Both the position numbers and the translations under genes were made by a program. A DNA stretch of 64,000 nt, from the sequence record PZ509022.1; one strand, given 5' to 3'. The notes under the pieces are model-generated. The model was given only the letters and a program-made list of their open reading frames with translations, was not told the origin of the DNA and ran no database searches. The stretch comes from a phage. Shown here piece by piece: positions 10,483 through 20,368 of the stretch (positions are counted from its first letter, which is position 1; each line of letters starts with the position of its first letter).

Positions 10483-10505
10483 TATATCAAACTCCGTATA
10501 AAGCT

Positions 10506-10523
10506 AAAGGGCCGAAGCCCTTT
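10506..10523 (-). terminator. UUCG-loop hairpin aaagggc-cgaa-gcccttt after a-gt
   Basis: inverted repeat. Confidence 0.5.
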
Positions 10524-11724
10524 ATTTTGTAATAATGTCAAACTGTTCTTTAAAGCAGAAGCTTGAATCTTGATGCTGATACAAAAATTCATATGCTTTT
10601 TCTCGCTCACGGTCATAAAGAGCTCTGTCAGATGACAGTTCTTTAATACGCTCGAATGTTGATTCCATGTCATTTTCATCAAACCAAATGATACCGCTAT
10701 CATGCGAGGTCAAAGGAGTATTATCAACACGGAATTTTAAATTTTCGCCAGTAGATTTCCAGAAAACAGGAATTGTACCGCAAGCACCTAATTCAAGATG
10801 AGTATATTCTAGTGAGCGTTGTAAGTATTTCTGGTTAAGTTTACTCAACTGATATCCAAAGCCAGATTTACTCATTCGTTCAAGCATTTCACTATTAATA
10901 TAACAATCTAGGATTTGTGCCGGTTGATTCGGCGTGAGATTCATTTTATCGATCTCACGATTACCGTAATATTCATACGGAATACCTTTTTCCTTAATTG
11001 CAATAAAAGCAGGGGAACGTTCAAGACCTTCCATTACAGTGGATTTACCAGCAGGTTTTAAGAATTTTTCATGAAAATCAAACATCTGATAAAAACCTTT
11101 CCATGTAGTCGTACGACCAATCCAACGGTTGATGTTCATGTTAATTTCAGAAACATCTTTCCAATAAGTTGACCGAACCTTCGCAATATCCATAGGAGGC
11201 TGAAAGTTATATACTGTTGGTGCTTCTTCAATATCATCAAACAGAGAAACAGTTTCTGGATACCATTCTTTCATCAAAACTTTATTAAAATCGCCATTAT
11301 CAGAATGACTAAAAATAACATCAGCTCGACGAACAGTTTCTTCTAATCCCAAATTTCGACGCAAAGAAAGAACAGAATGATCATGCTGATAAACTACAAC
11401 ACGAATAGAAGGTTTAATATTATCTAAAAGTTTTTTATAGTTATTAATCGTGGCTTCTTGAACGGAAGTAGCAGGAACAGAATTAATAATTAGAATATCA
11501 CAATCATTTACCAGCTTAAGTGCTTTATCGTATTCTTTAGCTAAAATAACTGGAATTGAAAATGATTTGTGGTCATGAGAACTTGTACGAGTAAATGATT
11601 TATCTTTAGCATAAACCAAAGTTACTTCATGACCATTTTTAATAAACCAATCACGCTGCTCAAGAGAAAATTTAGTTACACCGCAACCTTCAAGACCTCG
11701 AGCCATAAAAATACATACTTTCAT
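10522..11724 (-). CDS. a-gt: DNA alpha-glucosyltransferase (400 aa)
   Basis: 400 aa at the T4 a-gt position between 47 and 55. Confidence 0.85.
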   Translation of the reverse strand: MKVCIFMARGLEGCGVTKFSLEQRDWFIKNGHEVTLVYAKDKSFTRTSSHDHKSFSIPVILAKEYDKALKLVNDCDILIINSVPATSVQEATINNYKKLLDNIKPSIRVVVYQHDHSVLSLRRNLGLEETVRRADVIFSHSDNGDFNKVLMKEWYPETVSLFDDIEEAPTVYNFQPPMDIAKVRSTYWKDVSEINMNINRWIGRTTTWKGFYQMFDFHEKFLKPAGKSTVMEGLERSPAFIAIKEKGIPYEYYGNREIDKMNLTPNQPAQILDCYINSEMLERMSKSGFGYQLSKLNQKYLQRSLEYTHLELGACGTIPVFWKSTGENLKFRVDNTPLTSHDSGIIWFDENDMESTFERIKELSSDRALYDREREKAYEFLYQHQDSSFCFKEQFDIITK

Positions 11725-11775
11725 TTAATATCCTCTTTGTTTTGGTTTATTTTACCAAAAATTTATAAAGCAATA

Positions 11776-11793
11776 TAGGAGCCGAAGCTCCTA
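11776..11793 (-). terminator. UUCG-loop hairpin
   Basis: taggagc-cgaa-gctccta. Confidence 0.4.
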
Positions 11794-11982
11794 TCCGCAT
11801 AATACGCCATACAGAGGCTCATTAGAACTTCTAAATTTTATGCGCTTATATGTTATAGTTCCTTCTGCTTTAGCTTTATCGTAAGACTCTTGAAAGCGTC
11901 TCATCATTTCTACTTTAGAGGAACGAATTTTATTATAATCTATTTCAGAAGTCTGGTGTTCATCTTTCATAACTGCCACCAT
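11791..11982 (-). CDS. hypothetical protein
   Basis: ORF track 63 aa. Confidence 0.4.
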   Translation of the reverse strand: MVAVMKDEHQTSEIDYNKIRSSKVEMMRRFQESYDKAKAEGTITYKRIKFRSSNEPLYGVLCG

Positions 11983-12173
11983 TTTTTAACTTGATAAGAA
12001 TCAACCCACACTTTCATATTAGGGTCTGCTCTTACAATAGGAGGATTAACTTCTTTAATTGAACTATCATGGTATTCTTTTTCAGAAATTTTCACACAAA
12101 GATGACCATTCAAAGATTCAGTAAATCCTGCATTAATTTTAAGACGCTTGAATTTTACGTGTGTAAGCATCAA
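11967..12173 (-). CDS. hypothetical protein
   Basis: ORF track 68 aa. Confidence 0.4.
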   Translation of the reverse strand: MMLTHVKFKRLKINAGFTESLNGHLCVKISEKEYHDSSIKEVNPPIVRADPNMKVWVDSYQVKKWWQL

Positions 12174-12456
12174 TCATATCCTCAATCTGCGATCTAGTAG
12201 TCTTCCAAAGAATACTGATGAGTTCATCGTTATATGGCTGTTTTAGAATATCCCGACTTTTCTTGATAGCATATTCGTATTGAGCAAAATTATTATTTTC
12301 AGCCGCAATCTGAGCGTGCTTATAAAGACGATTCAGTTCGCGTTTATTTTTAGACAATAACTTATTTGCTTTTCTTTCTGCTTCAAGACGGTTCTTTTCT
12401 TCAATAGAAGAAATAAGCTTTTCCACTTCATCATTAATTTCGGGTTTATCAGTCAT
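12139..12456 (-). CDS. hypothetical protein
   Basis: ORF track 105 aa. Confidence 0.45.
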   Translation of the reverse strand: MTDKPEINDEVEKLISSIEEKNRLEAERKANKLLSKNKRELNRLYKHAQIAAENNNFAQYEYAIKKSRDILKQPYNDELISILWKTTRSQIEDMIDAYTRKIQAS

Positions 12457-12457
12457 A

Positions 12458-12676
12458 TTATTTCTCTAATATAAAATAAAAATCATCATCTGTTAAATGA
12501 TACCGATAGTTTAATTCTACACCATTAGATTTAAAAGCGGTATCATACGGATTTTCTGGATCAATATCAATGTCAAGAGCTAAAACTTCCCTGAGATACA
12601 TTTTAAGTAAATAGGGAATAGCTTCAACTTCAGGTATTTCTTCCAAGAATCCGGAGAGGTTAATCGTTAGCCTCAT
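12458..12676 (-). CDS. hypothetical protein
   Basis: ORF track 72 aa, abuts gp55. Confidence 0.45.
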
Positions 12677-13217
12677 ATAAAAAATCCAAACTAGGAGAAT
12701 CGTCTACAACACTTTTCTTTTCAGCCCCTGGTGTTCTATAGGTTGATTCTTCGTAATGCGTCATTTTATCGTAGATGTCTTGAATAAAAGTTTCATCTAC
12801 TAACGCAACCATATCGTCGTCACGGCTGTCATAGACATTGTGAACGAAGTAACTATATTTCTTTGCAACTTCCTTACGTTCTTTTTTAATACGTTGGACG
12901 AATGCATTAAAACAAGCTTGAGTTATATACGCATGTGGGTTTTTATATTTCGTTTCATCAAAATTGTGAAGTCCCTTAATAGAAGCTTCTATACCATCTG
13001 CAATCATTTCTTGTTTCCAAGACTGGGTGTATCCTGAAAAGTTGAAACGTTTAGATAAGCCTTCTGCAATAAGCATAATGGCTAATCCGATAGTATCATT
13101 CTGACGAACTACTTTATTTGGGTCTTTATTATTTGCTAATTCTGTTTTCCAATCAATAATAGCTTGTAAAAGCTCTTTATTGTTTACGTAATTATATTTA
13201 GGCTTAGTTTCTGACAT
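12660..13217 (-). CDS. 55: late-transcription sigma factor gp55 (185 aa)
   Basis: start set at [10 protein letters not shown]; 185 aa. Confidence 0.9.
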
Positions 13218-13560
13218 TTTCACCTCTTAGCTCAATTCATAGATCTATTATATCATAATATTTGAAGATCTATCTTAAAGCATAGAGGATATCAGTTATC
13301 TAAGTAAACAGTATGCTTGGAACACTTTTTCCATCATCTTTTTAAATTCATGAATATCTATGTAATGACTAGTTAAATCAGCATGATATAAAAAGTCTAA
13401 AACTTTTCATGTGTACTAACATATTCACTTTCATTTAATTCAGAAACATGGCTTTCCCAATATCCAACACCAGTCTTATTTGGGAAAAATGAAATTTTCA
13501 TGTATTGGTCAACATAGAAAATGCCATAATTTTCAATAGTAATAGAAATATTAATAAATT

Positions 13561-13776
13561 TCATACATTCATCAACTTAGCCGCTTCAAGAGCTGCATCT
13601 AGTGAATCAAATTGATCGACATATTCAATCAGTTCGCCATAATTGGCATATAACCACCATTGGCTAAATTCATACTCAAGGATGAATCCATTTCCTTCAA
13701 TTTGAGTTAAACCAATGCCATTTGTATTTACTTCATATCCAGCAAGACGCAAATCGTTAATAAGAGCTTCGTTCAT
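13561..13776 (-). CDS. hypothetical protein
   Basis: ORF track 71 aa. Confidence 0.45.
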   Translation of the reverse strand: MNEALINDLRLAGYEVNTNGIGLTQIEGNGFILEYEFSQWWLYANYGELIEYVDQFDSLDAALEAAKLMNV

Positions 13777-13778
13777 AA

Positions 13779-14105
13779 TTATACCTTAGTAATTTTCAGG
13801 TCTGCAAATTTTTTCTTGCGTTGATTTTTCATACGACGAATAGTTTTATCGGAAATTTCATGCTTTTGATAAGCTTTAGATTCTACGCCAAAAGCTTTAA
13901 CATCAAATTCTGACAAGATATATTGAACCAACAATTCACGGACAGTGTTGCGTCCAATCTTCTGATCATTCTGTTTCATCGTCTGATGAAGCTCTTTTTC
14001 CCATTTATCCAAAATTTGAGGAGTTACAATATCGCCTTTTTCTAGCAAAGAAACTACTTTATCGTATGCGTAAGAATTAATGACGTTTTTAATTTGAATA
14101 GTCAT
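13779..14105 (-). CDS. hypothetical basic protein
   Basis: ORF track 108 aa. Confidence 0.45.
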   Translation of the reverse strand: MTIQIKNVINSYAYDKVVSLLEKGDIVTPQILDKWEKELHQTMKQNDQKIGRNTVRELLVQYILSEFDVKAFGVESKAYQKHEISDKTIRRMKNQRKKKFADLKITKV

Positions 14106-14143
14106 ACATTATCCTCAATTACGTTAAAATTTTATTATCCAAA

Positions 14144-14159
14144 AAGGGCCGAAGCCCTT
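14144..14159 (-). terminator. UUCG-loop hairpin
   Basis: aagggc-cgaa-gccctt. Confidence 0.4.
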
Positions 14160-14358
14160 AGCTAAACTTTTTGGCACCCTTCCAGCCTTCGTACATCATT
14201 GCGGCTGATATTAATATTGCTCCTGAGCAACTTGAATATTTGTGATTCCAAAACCAGTTCAGAAAAACTTCGTCATCAATACCTTGGGCTATCATATTTT
14301 CAAAGAACTGACGACGAGCTTCGGCAATTCGCTGCGATAATTTAGATTCAGGATTCAT
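14158..14358 (-). CDS. hypothetical protein
   Basis: ORF track 66 aa. Confidence 0.4.
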   Translation of the reverse strand: MNPESKLSQRIAEARRQFFENMIAQGIDDEVFLNWFWNHKYSSCSGAILISAAMMYEGWKGAKKFS

Positions 14359-14497
14359 TTAAATTTTCCAGTTACCGTTTTCATCAATAAATTTAATCCA
14401 GTCATTTACTGACCACTTGGTCGTATCGCCTTTTGGAGCAATATTTAAAGTGTATAATCCTTGTTTAAAAAGCATGCGTTTGATATTCATATTTTCC

Positions 14498-14791
14498 TCA
14501 GCTGTAACGATAGCACTCGTTTGATTTACGCTTAGCAACTCGTTGAGAAGTATTGTAATCAAAATCATCGTCAATGTAAACTGATTTTTTCAACTTTCTT
14601 ACTTCACCGCGTAATTGACGATTTAGCTCATCTTTAACTTCTGAATCAATGCCTTTCATTCTACGCCATTTATCTGAGCGAAAAATGTTTTCAACCATAT
14701 CTTTATGACTTACCCCATCAGGAGCTTTACGCTTTCCGAAATAGTCATAATCACGCACTTTTAAGTCTTTACGACGATACGTTTTACCCAT
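14498..14791 (-). CDS. hypothetical basic protein
   Basis: ORF 14498..14836 trimmed to internal Met. Confidence 0.4.
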   Translation of the reverse strand: MGKTYRRKDLKVRDYDYFGKRKAPDGVSHKDMVENIFRSDKWRRMKGIDSEVKDELNRQLRGEVRKLKKSVYIDDDFDYNTSQRVAKRKSNECYRYS

Positions 14792-14966
14792 GGAGTTTAA
14801 TTTTCTTAGCAACTGAACTAAATACAGCACGATCACAAATCATGCGTTTATGTAACTTGAGTATAATATAGCAAACTTCAAAACTATTTACATGAGTAAC
14901 ACGAACAGCATTACCATTAATGAGATAATACTGTCCCTTTTTAATTTCTTTATCAACCATAACCAT
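14784..14966 (-). CDS. hypothetical protein
   Basis: ORF track 60 aa downstream of early promoter. Confidence 0.35.
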   Translation of the reverse strand: MVMVDKEIKKGQYYLINGNAVRVTHVNSFEVCYIILKLHKRMICDRAVFSSVAKKIKLHG

Positions 14967-14995
14967 ATCAATTCCTCAAAGGCAATTCATATGTT

Positions 14996-15026
14996 AATAA
15001 TACCACAGTTTGAGCTCGTTGTAAAC
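14996..15026 (-). promoter_or_regulatory. T4-type early promoter
   Basis: plus tgtaaacaactttgtgaaaa block with -10-like element. Confidence 0.5.
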
Positions 15027-15106
15027 AACTTTGTGAAAATTATTTTAGGGAATGATAAGAAAGGAACGATAGCTTAGAATGGTAATATACAGAATGCGAG
15101 AAAGAA

Positions 15107-15121
15107 AGGCCCAGAGGGCCC
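15107..15121 (-). terminator. hairpin ggccc-aga-gggcc after nrdH
   Basis: inverted repeat followed by U-rich tract on minus strand. Confidence 0.45.
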
Positions 15122-15124
15122 GTC

Positions 15125-15433
15125 TTAGTCTTCTATGATATCTCTATCATATCCAAGTGAAATGAGAGTTTCTTTGAAGTGTTTAATGTTCTTTTGTCTA
15201 GAATCATTAATGAAAATGACTGGATAACGAATGTTAAGAGATGTGAATCCAGCGCGTTTAGCAAGAGATACAATCAGTGGACGATCATACTCAATCTTAC
15301 CGTTATTTGTAAGAACTTTATAGAAAGTAAAAGGAGCATTGAGCTCCTTTAGAAGTTTTGTAACTGATTGACATCCAGGACAACGACCAACTTCATCTGG
15401 AATTCCATAGACTTCAATCTTATTTTGTTTCAC
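15125..15433 (-). CDS. nrdH: glutaredoxin-like NrdH-type redoxin (CPGC)
   Basis: 102 aa, CxxC motif, adjacent to nrdG/nrdD. Confidence 0.7.
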   Translation of the reverse strand: MKQNKIEVYGIPDEVGRCPGCQSVTKLLKELNAPFTFYKVLTNNGKIEYDRPLIVSLAKRAGFTSLNIRYPVIFINDSRQKNIKHFKETLISLGYDRDIIED

Positions 15434-15435
15434 AA

Positions 15436-15648
15436 CTATTCCTTACTAAGAGCAGCATTCAGCTTGTTAGTAATTTTATCCAGACGCTCATTGAACTCAC
15501 TAGAAGATAAGCCCTTTTCTGGAGAAATCAAACTAATCACGAAAAATATAGCAATAAAAGGAATAAGGAAAATAGCTCCAACTGCCATAAACAGAAAGAA
15601 TGTTACAGATGTAAGAAAATCAGCTAAACCTTTACGAAATTTATACAT
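15436..15648 (-). CDS. small membrane protein
   Basis: 70 aa with central hydrophobic stretch. Confidence 0.45.
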   Translation of the reverse strand: MYKFRKGLADFLTSVTFFLFMAVGAIFLIPFIAIFFVISLISPEKGLSSSEFNERLDKITNKLNAALSKE

Positions 15649-15763
15649 ATTTTACCCTTAATTGATTAACCAAGCATTGATAAGCACTAAACTATATTGG
15701 GAATAAAATTCTGGACCAAAATGAAAAATCATATCATTTATAGTATCCATAATGTAATTCAAT

Positions 15764-16234
15764 TTAATCATGTTTCCACACCCCATCGGTATTTGACCAA
15801 AGCCGCTGATTATCTGATCCTCGCCACAGCTTTTTAGTCGGAAGATTTTTCTCATACTTCCCATCAATAATAACATCAACATATTTAAGCATTTCTAGCT
15901 GTTTAACATCTTCAAACTTATATCCTGTCCACAACCAAATGCTTTTATTGGGATAAAGATTTTTTACTGTTTGAACAATGCAATGAATAACATCTCGGTT
16001 ATCAGGATAGAGAGGGTCACCTCCAGTTATAGTCAATCCTTCTATATAATCATTATTCAAACATTCAATTAATTGTTCTAGTGTTTCACCAGTGAATGGA
16101 ATACCATTTCTAGCATTCCATGTTGATTTATTATAACACCCTTCGCATTTATGCAAACAACCTGTAACGAAAAGAACGACCCTGCAACCAGGGCCATTCA
16201 CAAAATCGCAAGGATAAAATCTATCATAATTCAT
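15764..16234 (-). CDS. nrdG: anaerobic ribonucleotide reductase activating protein NrdG (radical SAM)
   Basis: 156 aa; CLHKCEGC cluster motif. Confidence 0.9.
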   Translation of the reverse strand: MNYDRFYPCDFVNGPGCRVVLFVTGCLHKCEGCYNKSTWNARNGIPFTGETLEQLIECLNNDYIEGLTITGGDPLYPDNRDVIHCIVQTVKNLYPNKSIWLWTGYKFEDVKQLEMLKYVDVIIDGKYEKNLPTKKLWRGSDNQRLWSNTDGVWKHD

Positions 16235-18048
16235 TGGTGTTTAACCCTATGCATGATTTCTTTATTTTTACCGAGATTAAATCCGCGTTCGTTCGGATTT
16301 CCCAAATAACCACATGTTCTTCTTATTGTGTTCATCTTTTTAGGATCAGTTTCTCCACAAATAGAACAAACAAATCCGTTTTCAGTAGGAGTCATTTCAT
16401 GGGTACTTCCGCATGTAAAACATTTATCTACTGGCATATTAACACCAAAATAATCTAAATGTTGTGCAGCATAATCCCATACGGCCTCAAGGCCTTTTAA
16501 GTTATTTTTCATATCAGGAAGTTCAACATAAGAAATGTGACCACCTGTCGCAATGAAATGATATGGCGCTTCACGAGAAATCTTTTCAAACGGAGTAATA
16601 TTTTCTTCTACTGAAACATGGAAACTATTAGTGTACCAGCCTTTATCAGTAACATCCTTTACACTTCCATATTTCTCAGTATCAAGTTTACAGAAGCGAT
16701 AGCACAGGTTTTCAGCAGGAGTAGAATACAAGCTAAAAGCAAAACCAGTTCTTTCAGTCCACTGCTTAAGACGAGCATTCATTTTAGTTAAAATTTCTTG
16801 TCCAATATCACGACCGACAAGAATATTCAATTCGTGAATACCAATGTATCCTAGGGACACTGAACTTCTACCGTTTTTAAATAACTCAATTATGTCGTCA
16901 TCAGGTTTAAGACGAACCCCGAATGCACCTTCTTGGTAAAGAATAGGAGCAACAGTAGCTTTAACTCCTTTTAAGGAACTAATTCTACACATCAAAGCTT
17001 CAAAACATAAATCCATTCGTTCATTAAATAGCTCAACAAATTTCTGTTCATTGAATTGTGTTCCAATATAAGAATCTAACGCGATGCGAGGAAGATTCAG
17101 TGTTACAACACCAAGATTATTACGTCCATCAAGAATTTCATTACCAGTCGAATCTTTCCATACGCTCAAGAAACTACGGCAACCCATTGGAGAAACAGGA
17201 ACAGATGAACCAGTGATAGCTTTATTGTTCTTAGCTGAAATAATATCAGGATACATCCTTTTGCTTGCACACTCTAGAGCAAGCTGCTTAATATCATAGT
17301 TCGGATCGTCTTTGTAAAGATTAACGCCTTCTTCGACGAACATAACAAGCTTAGGGAAAATAGGAGTTATCCCATCACGACCGAGACCTTTAATACGATT
17401 TTTCAGAATTGCTTTCTGAATCATTCGTTCAGTCCAGTCAGTTCCCGTACCAAATGTAATTGTTACAAAAGGCGTTTGTCCGTTTGAACTAAAGAGAGTA
17501 TTTACTTCATATTCATAAGCTTGGAATGCATCGTATACGTCTTTTTCTGTTTTAGATTGAGCATAATTCAACGCATCAGCGATTTGCCATTTTTCTGCAT
17601 CCTCAATATGTTTTGCATATGTGCGTTTAACATAAGGAGAAAGTACTTTATCTACATTAGCAAAAGTCGTTCCGCCGTATTGGTGAGAAGCAACCTGTGC
17701 AGTAATTTGTGCCATAATTGCAGTAGCAACGCCAATTGATTTAGGAGTTTCAATTTGAGCATTGCCTAATTTAAATCCATTCTCAAGCATTCCTTTTAAA
17801 TCTACTAAACAGCAATTAGTAAAAGGCAATGATATACTGTAATCTAAATCGTGAAAATGAATTAATCCGACATTATGAGCATTTACAATATGGCTCGGAA
17901 GAATACTACAAGCGATATGTTTAGAAACAATACCGGCCATTAAATCTCTTTTTGTTGGAAAGACACGAGAATCTTTGTTGGCATTTTCGGTATTTAATTC
18001 TTTATCTTTATTTGAAATAAAATTTAAAACATCTTTCTCTAAAGACAT
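16231..18048 (-). CDS. nrdD: anaerobic ribonucleoside-triphosphate reductase NrdD, uninterrupted (605 aa)
   Basis: 605 aa single ORF; C-terminal zinc ribbon and glycyl radical region. Confidence 0.95.
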   Translation of the reverse strand: MSLEKDVLNFISNKDKELNTENANKDSRVFPTKRDLMAGIVSKHIACSILPSHIVNAHNVGLIHFHDLDYSISLPFTNCCLVDLKGMLENGFKLGNAQIETPKSIGVATAIMAQITAQVASHQYGGTTFANVDKVLSPYVKRTYAKHIEDAEKWQIADALNYAQSKTEKDVYDAFQAYEYEVNTLFSSNGQTPFVTITFGTGTDWTERMIQKAILKNRIKGLGRDGITPIFPKLVMFVEEGVNLYKDDPNYDIKQLALECASKRMYPDIISAKNNKAITGSSVPVSPMGCRSFLSVWKDSTGNEILDGRNNLGVVTLNLPRIALDSYIGTQFNEQKFVELFNERMDLCFEALMCRISSLKGVKATVAPILYQEGAFGVRLKPDDDIIELFKNGRSSVSLGYIGIHELNILVGRDIGQEILTKMNARLKQWTERTGFAFSLYSTPAENLCYRFCKLDTEKYGSVKDVTDKGWYTNSFHVSVEENITPFEKISREAPYHFIATGGHISYVELPDMKNNLKGLEAVWDYAAQHLDYFGVNMPVDKCFTCGSTHEMTPTENGFVCSICGETDPKKMNTIRRTCGYLGNPNERGFNLGKNKEIMHRVKHQ

Positions 18049-18860
18049 AATTCTAATTTATCCTTTTGAAATTCTTCGTCTAAATATGGGTTCCAACCCA
18101 TTTTAAACCTTTTGATGAAATTATCAATTCTAAATTTCGGTAAATTTAACTCCGCAAAAATAGATGATTTACTTTTAAAATCTGGACCTAAATAATCATA
18201 TAAAATTTCTGCGTATTTTAACCATAATATATAAGTACCAGATTTAATTGCTCTAGGAGTTTTCCAAGGTTTTACGCCGTACATCGGATTTCCACTTCCT
18301 TTATGCCTGATAGAAGATGAAATTCCAATTTTAATTTTAGCTTCCTTTGTGTGCGAAAATCCATGATGTGGATTTTCTTTCCAGTATTTTTTAGAAGCTT
18401 CTGATATTTTCTTTCTGGCTAAATTAGTATGATGCTTTCCATAAAATCCATGATTTTTACCTTTATTACGATTTCTTTTAATCATGGTTATTGATTGCTT
18501 TTCTCTAGTTTCTTTAGAAGGGGAAACACCGTACGTTGTAAATTGACCATTAGCATATGCTAAATTAAAATACTCTTTATTCCATATATCTTTTTCTATA
18601 TTCTTTTGAAATTCAGCTTCAATGCTAGTTATTTGTTCATCTCCGACTAATTGAAAATATAATATTTCAACTTTCGGTGTTTCTTTCAACAGAGCTTTTT
18701 GAAATTCGGAAGATGACGAAGACGAATAATAAAATTTACCATTTTTATCAATAATATTCGTTCCGTCAAAAGTGCAATTGGTTTTACTTCCAATATAATA
18801 ATATGGCGGGGTTTTAGCATTAATTCTACTAATAAATGATAGTTTATATACTACATTCAT
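18039..18860 (-). CDS. Seg-like GIY-YIG homing endonuclease candidate with NUMOD3-like repeats (273 aa)
   Basis: N-terminal VYKLSFI...YYYIGSKTN; repeats GKNHGFYGKHHTNLARKKISEA and NPHHGFSHTKEAKIKIG. Confidence 0.6.
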   Translation of the reverse strand: MNVVYKLSFISRINAKTPPYYYIGSKTNCTFDGTNIIDKNGKFYYSSSSSSEFQKALLKETPKVEILYFQLVGDEQITSIEAEFQKNIEKDIWNKEYFNLAYANGQFTTYGVSPSKETREKQSITMIKRNRNKGKNHGFYGKHHTNLARKKISEASKKYWKENPHHGFSHTKEAKIKIGISSSIRHKGSGNPMYGVKPWKTPRAIKSGTYILWLKYAEILYDYLGPDFKSKSSIFAELNLPKFRIDNFIKRFKMGWNPYLDEEFQKDKLELCL

Positions 18861-19330
18861 TTTAAACTCTTTCTAAGCTGCTTCTTAAATGAAGCTATTA
18901 ACTGTGTTTTGGTGTCAGATTCATTATATTCAAATCCTCTTTGAAGCATCTCAGCCATCATTTCCTCTTTTCCTAAACGAGAAAATTCCTTTGATTTATC
19001 TCCAACAAAGTTAGGGTGAATATTATTTTGGGTGTAATCGGATTTTAAATAAGTAAGTAAATTTTCTAACCATTCAAGATAATCAACACCTTGACCCTTT
19101 AAGCCAGAACGATTAAATTTATGCTTCATTTGACCTTCCGCTGCATTGCAGAGATTACAGAGCAATCCACGTACCTTTCCTGCTTTTGGTCCATTTAATT
19201 CATGATCATGGTCAAGGTGATTAGCTTGAACATCAGGATTTAGTTCTCGTTGGCAAATTAAGCATTTACCGTTTTGTGCATCATAAAATTTCTGTTTTTC
19301 TTCTTTATATAATTTGCCAGTCAATAACAT
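18857..19330 (-). CDS. 49: endonuclease VII (gp49, 157 aa)
   Basis: 157 aa; Cys cluster CLICQ...CNLCN and HDHE motif. Confidence 0.88.
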   Translation of the reverse strand: MLLTGKLYKEEKQKFYDAQNGKCLICQRELNPDVQANHLDHDHELNGPKAGKVRGLLCNLCNAAEGQMKHKFNRSGLKGQGVDYLEWLENLLTYLKSDYTQNNIHPNFVGDKSKEFSRLGKEEMMAEMLQRGFEYNESDTKTQLIASFKKQLRKSLK

Positions 19331-19371
19331 AATAAACCCTTACCTTAAATAGATAAGGGTATTTATTATTT

Positions 19372-19857
19372 TCAAGTATTGTAAAACATTTGATTCAATC
19401 GCTTATATTGCCGAATCTTTTGGTCAGAAAAAGAAATTTGGGTTTCAAGCCATTCAATATATTCTGCCGCAGCTTGCATCAAATTTCCTTCATAGCCATC
19501 GTTATTTTCTTGTGCAGCTAATTTAGCTAATGCGTATGGAATACGTTCACCTTGAAAATCGGCTTTAGGCTTCTGAACAACTTGATTAGTTCTCTCTACA
19601 ACTTCTTCAATTTCACCATTTTCTACTGATTCAGTATTCCACAAGCACCAATACGTAGTTGGCTTATCGTAGATGTTAATAATCTTTCCATCAGAAAGTT
19701 CAATTTCAATAATTCCAGTATCAGGTTCTATATCATCTTCACATTCTTTTGCAAGTTCACGAACTTTAAAGACAGTACCTGCACTAAGTTCCGGCCAGTA
19801 ATTACATAGCTCTTTATCAGCACGATTAATTCTAAACCACTTATCTACTGTAATCAT
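19372..19857 (-). CDS. hypothetical protein, possibly Pin-like (161 aa)
   Basis: ORF trimmed to ATG; size and position match T4 pin; identity unverified. Confidence 0.45.
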   Translation of the reverse strand: MITVDKWFRINRADKELCNYWPELSAGTVFKVRELAKECEDDIEPDTGIIEIELSDGKIINIYDKPTTYWCLWNTESVENGEIEEVVERTNQVVQKPKADFQGERIPYALAKLAAQENNDGYEGNLMQAAAEYIEWLETQISFSDQKIRQYKRLNQMFYNT

Positions 19858-19979
19858 GTCCCATCTCCATATCAATTAAGTCATTTATCGTTGGTTCATT
19901 ATATATTGTTTCTTCATCAGTGTAAACCGGTTCTTCCGGCTCTGGCTCTACAGTTTCCCATCTAACCGCCCACCAAGGT

Positions 19980-20150
19980 TTAACCCCGAAGCTTATTAAG
20001 TTCTTCATAATCAATCCAGGATTCTAATCCTGATGGCAAATCAGATTCAATTTCCCAAAGAAGTTCTTCAATTTTCTGAAGACGATCTAGTTCTTCGGCT
20101 GGAATAGTAACCATTGACGGAGCTCGTGATACATTAATATCGTAAATCAT
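19980..20150 (-). CDS. hypothetical protein
   Basis: ORF 19980..20189 trimmed to internal Met. Confidence 0.35.
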   Translation of the reverse strand: MIYDINVSRAPSMVTIPAEELDRLQKIEELLWEIESDLPSGLESWIDYEELNKLRG

Positions 20151-20152
20151 AT

Positions 20153-20368
20153 TTACCCCAGTTTGACCATGCAATCGCCGTATTTCCACTTAGAAATAGA
20201 CTTTTCACCGTTAGAATAATAAACTTCGAGTTTAGCACGATTATTTTTAATTTGAATAACCTTTGCTGTCATCAAAGTTCCATACCCATAGTAAACTGCA
20301 ACTTCATCACCTACATATACCGCGCTTCCGCGGTAATCGTGAATATAGTCAGTTCCTTCGAGCATCAT
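20153..20368 (-). CDS. hypothetical protein
   Basis: 71 aa; start overlaps nrdC stop (ATGA). Confidence 0.45.
   Translation of the reverse strand: MMLEGTDYIHDYRGSAVYVGDEVAVYYGYGTLMTAKVIQIKNNRAKLEVYYSNGEKSISKWKYGDCMVKLG

Noticed and set aside
10482-10703. 73-aa ORF overlapping the 3' end of a-gt
   Set aside because: Different frame inside a well-supported gene with no independent signals; likely spurious
15658-15882. 74-aa ORF overlapping the 3' end of nrdG
   Set aside because: Out-of-frame overlap with a conserved radical-SAM gene; no support
16231-18048. Looked for a group I intron or intron-encoded endonuclease inside nrdD
   Set aside because: nrdD is one continuous 605-aa reading frame, so no intron is present in this window
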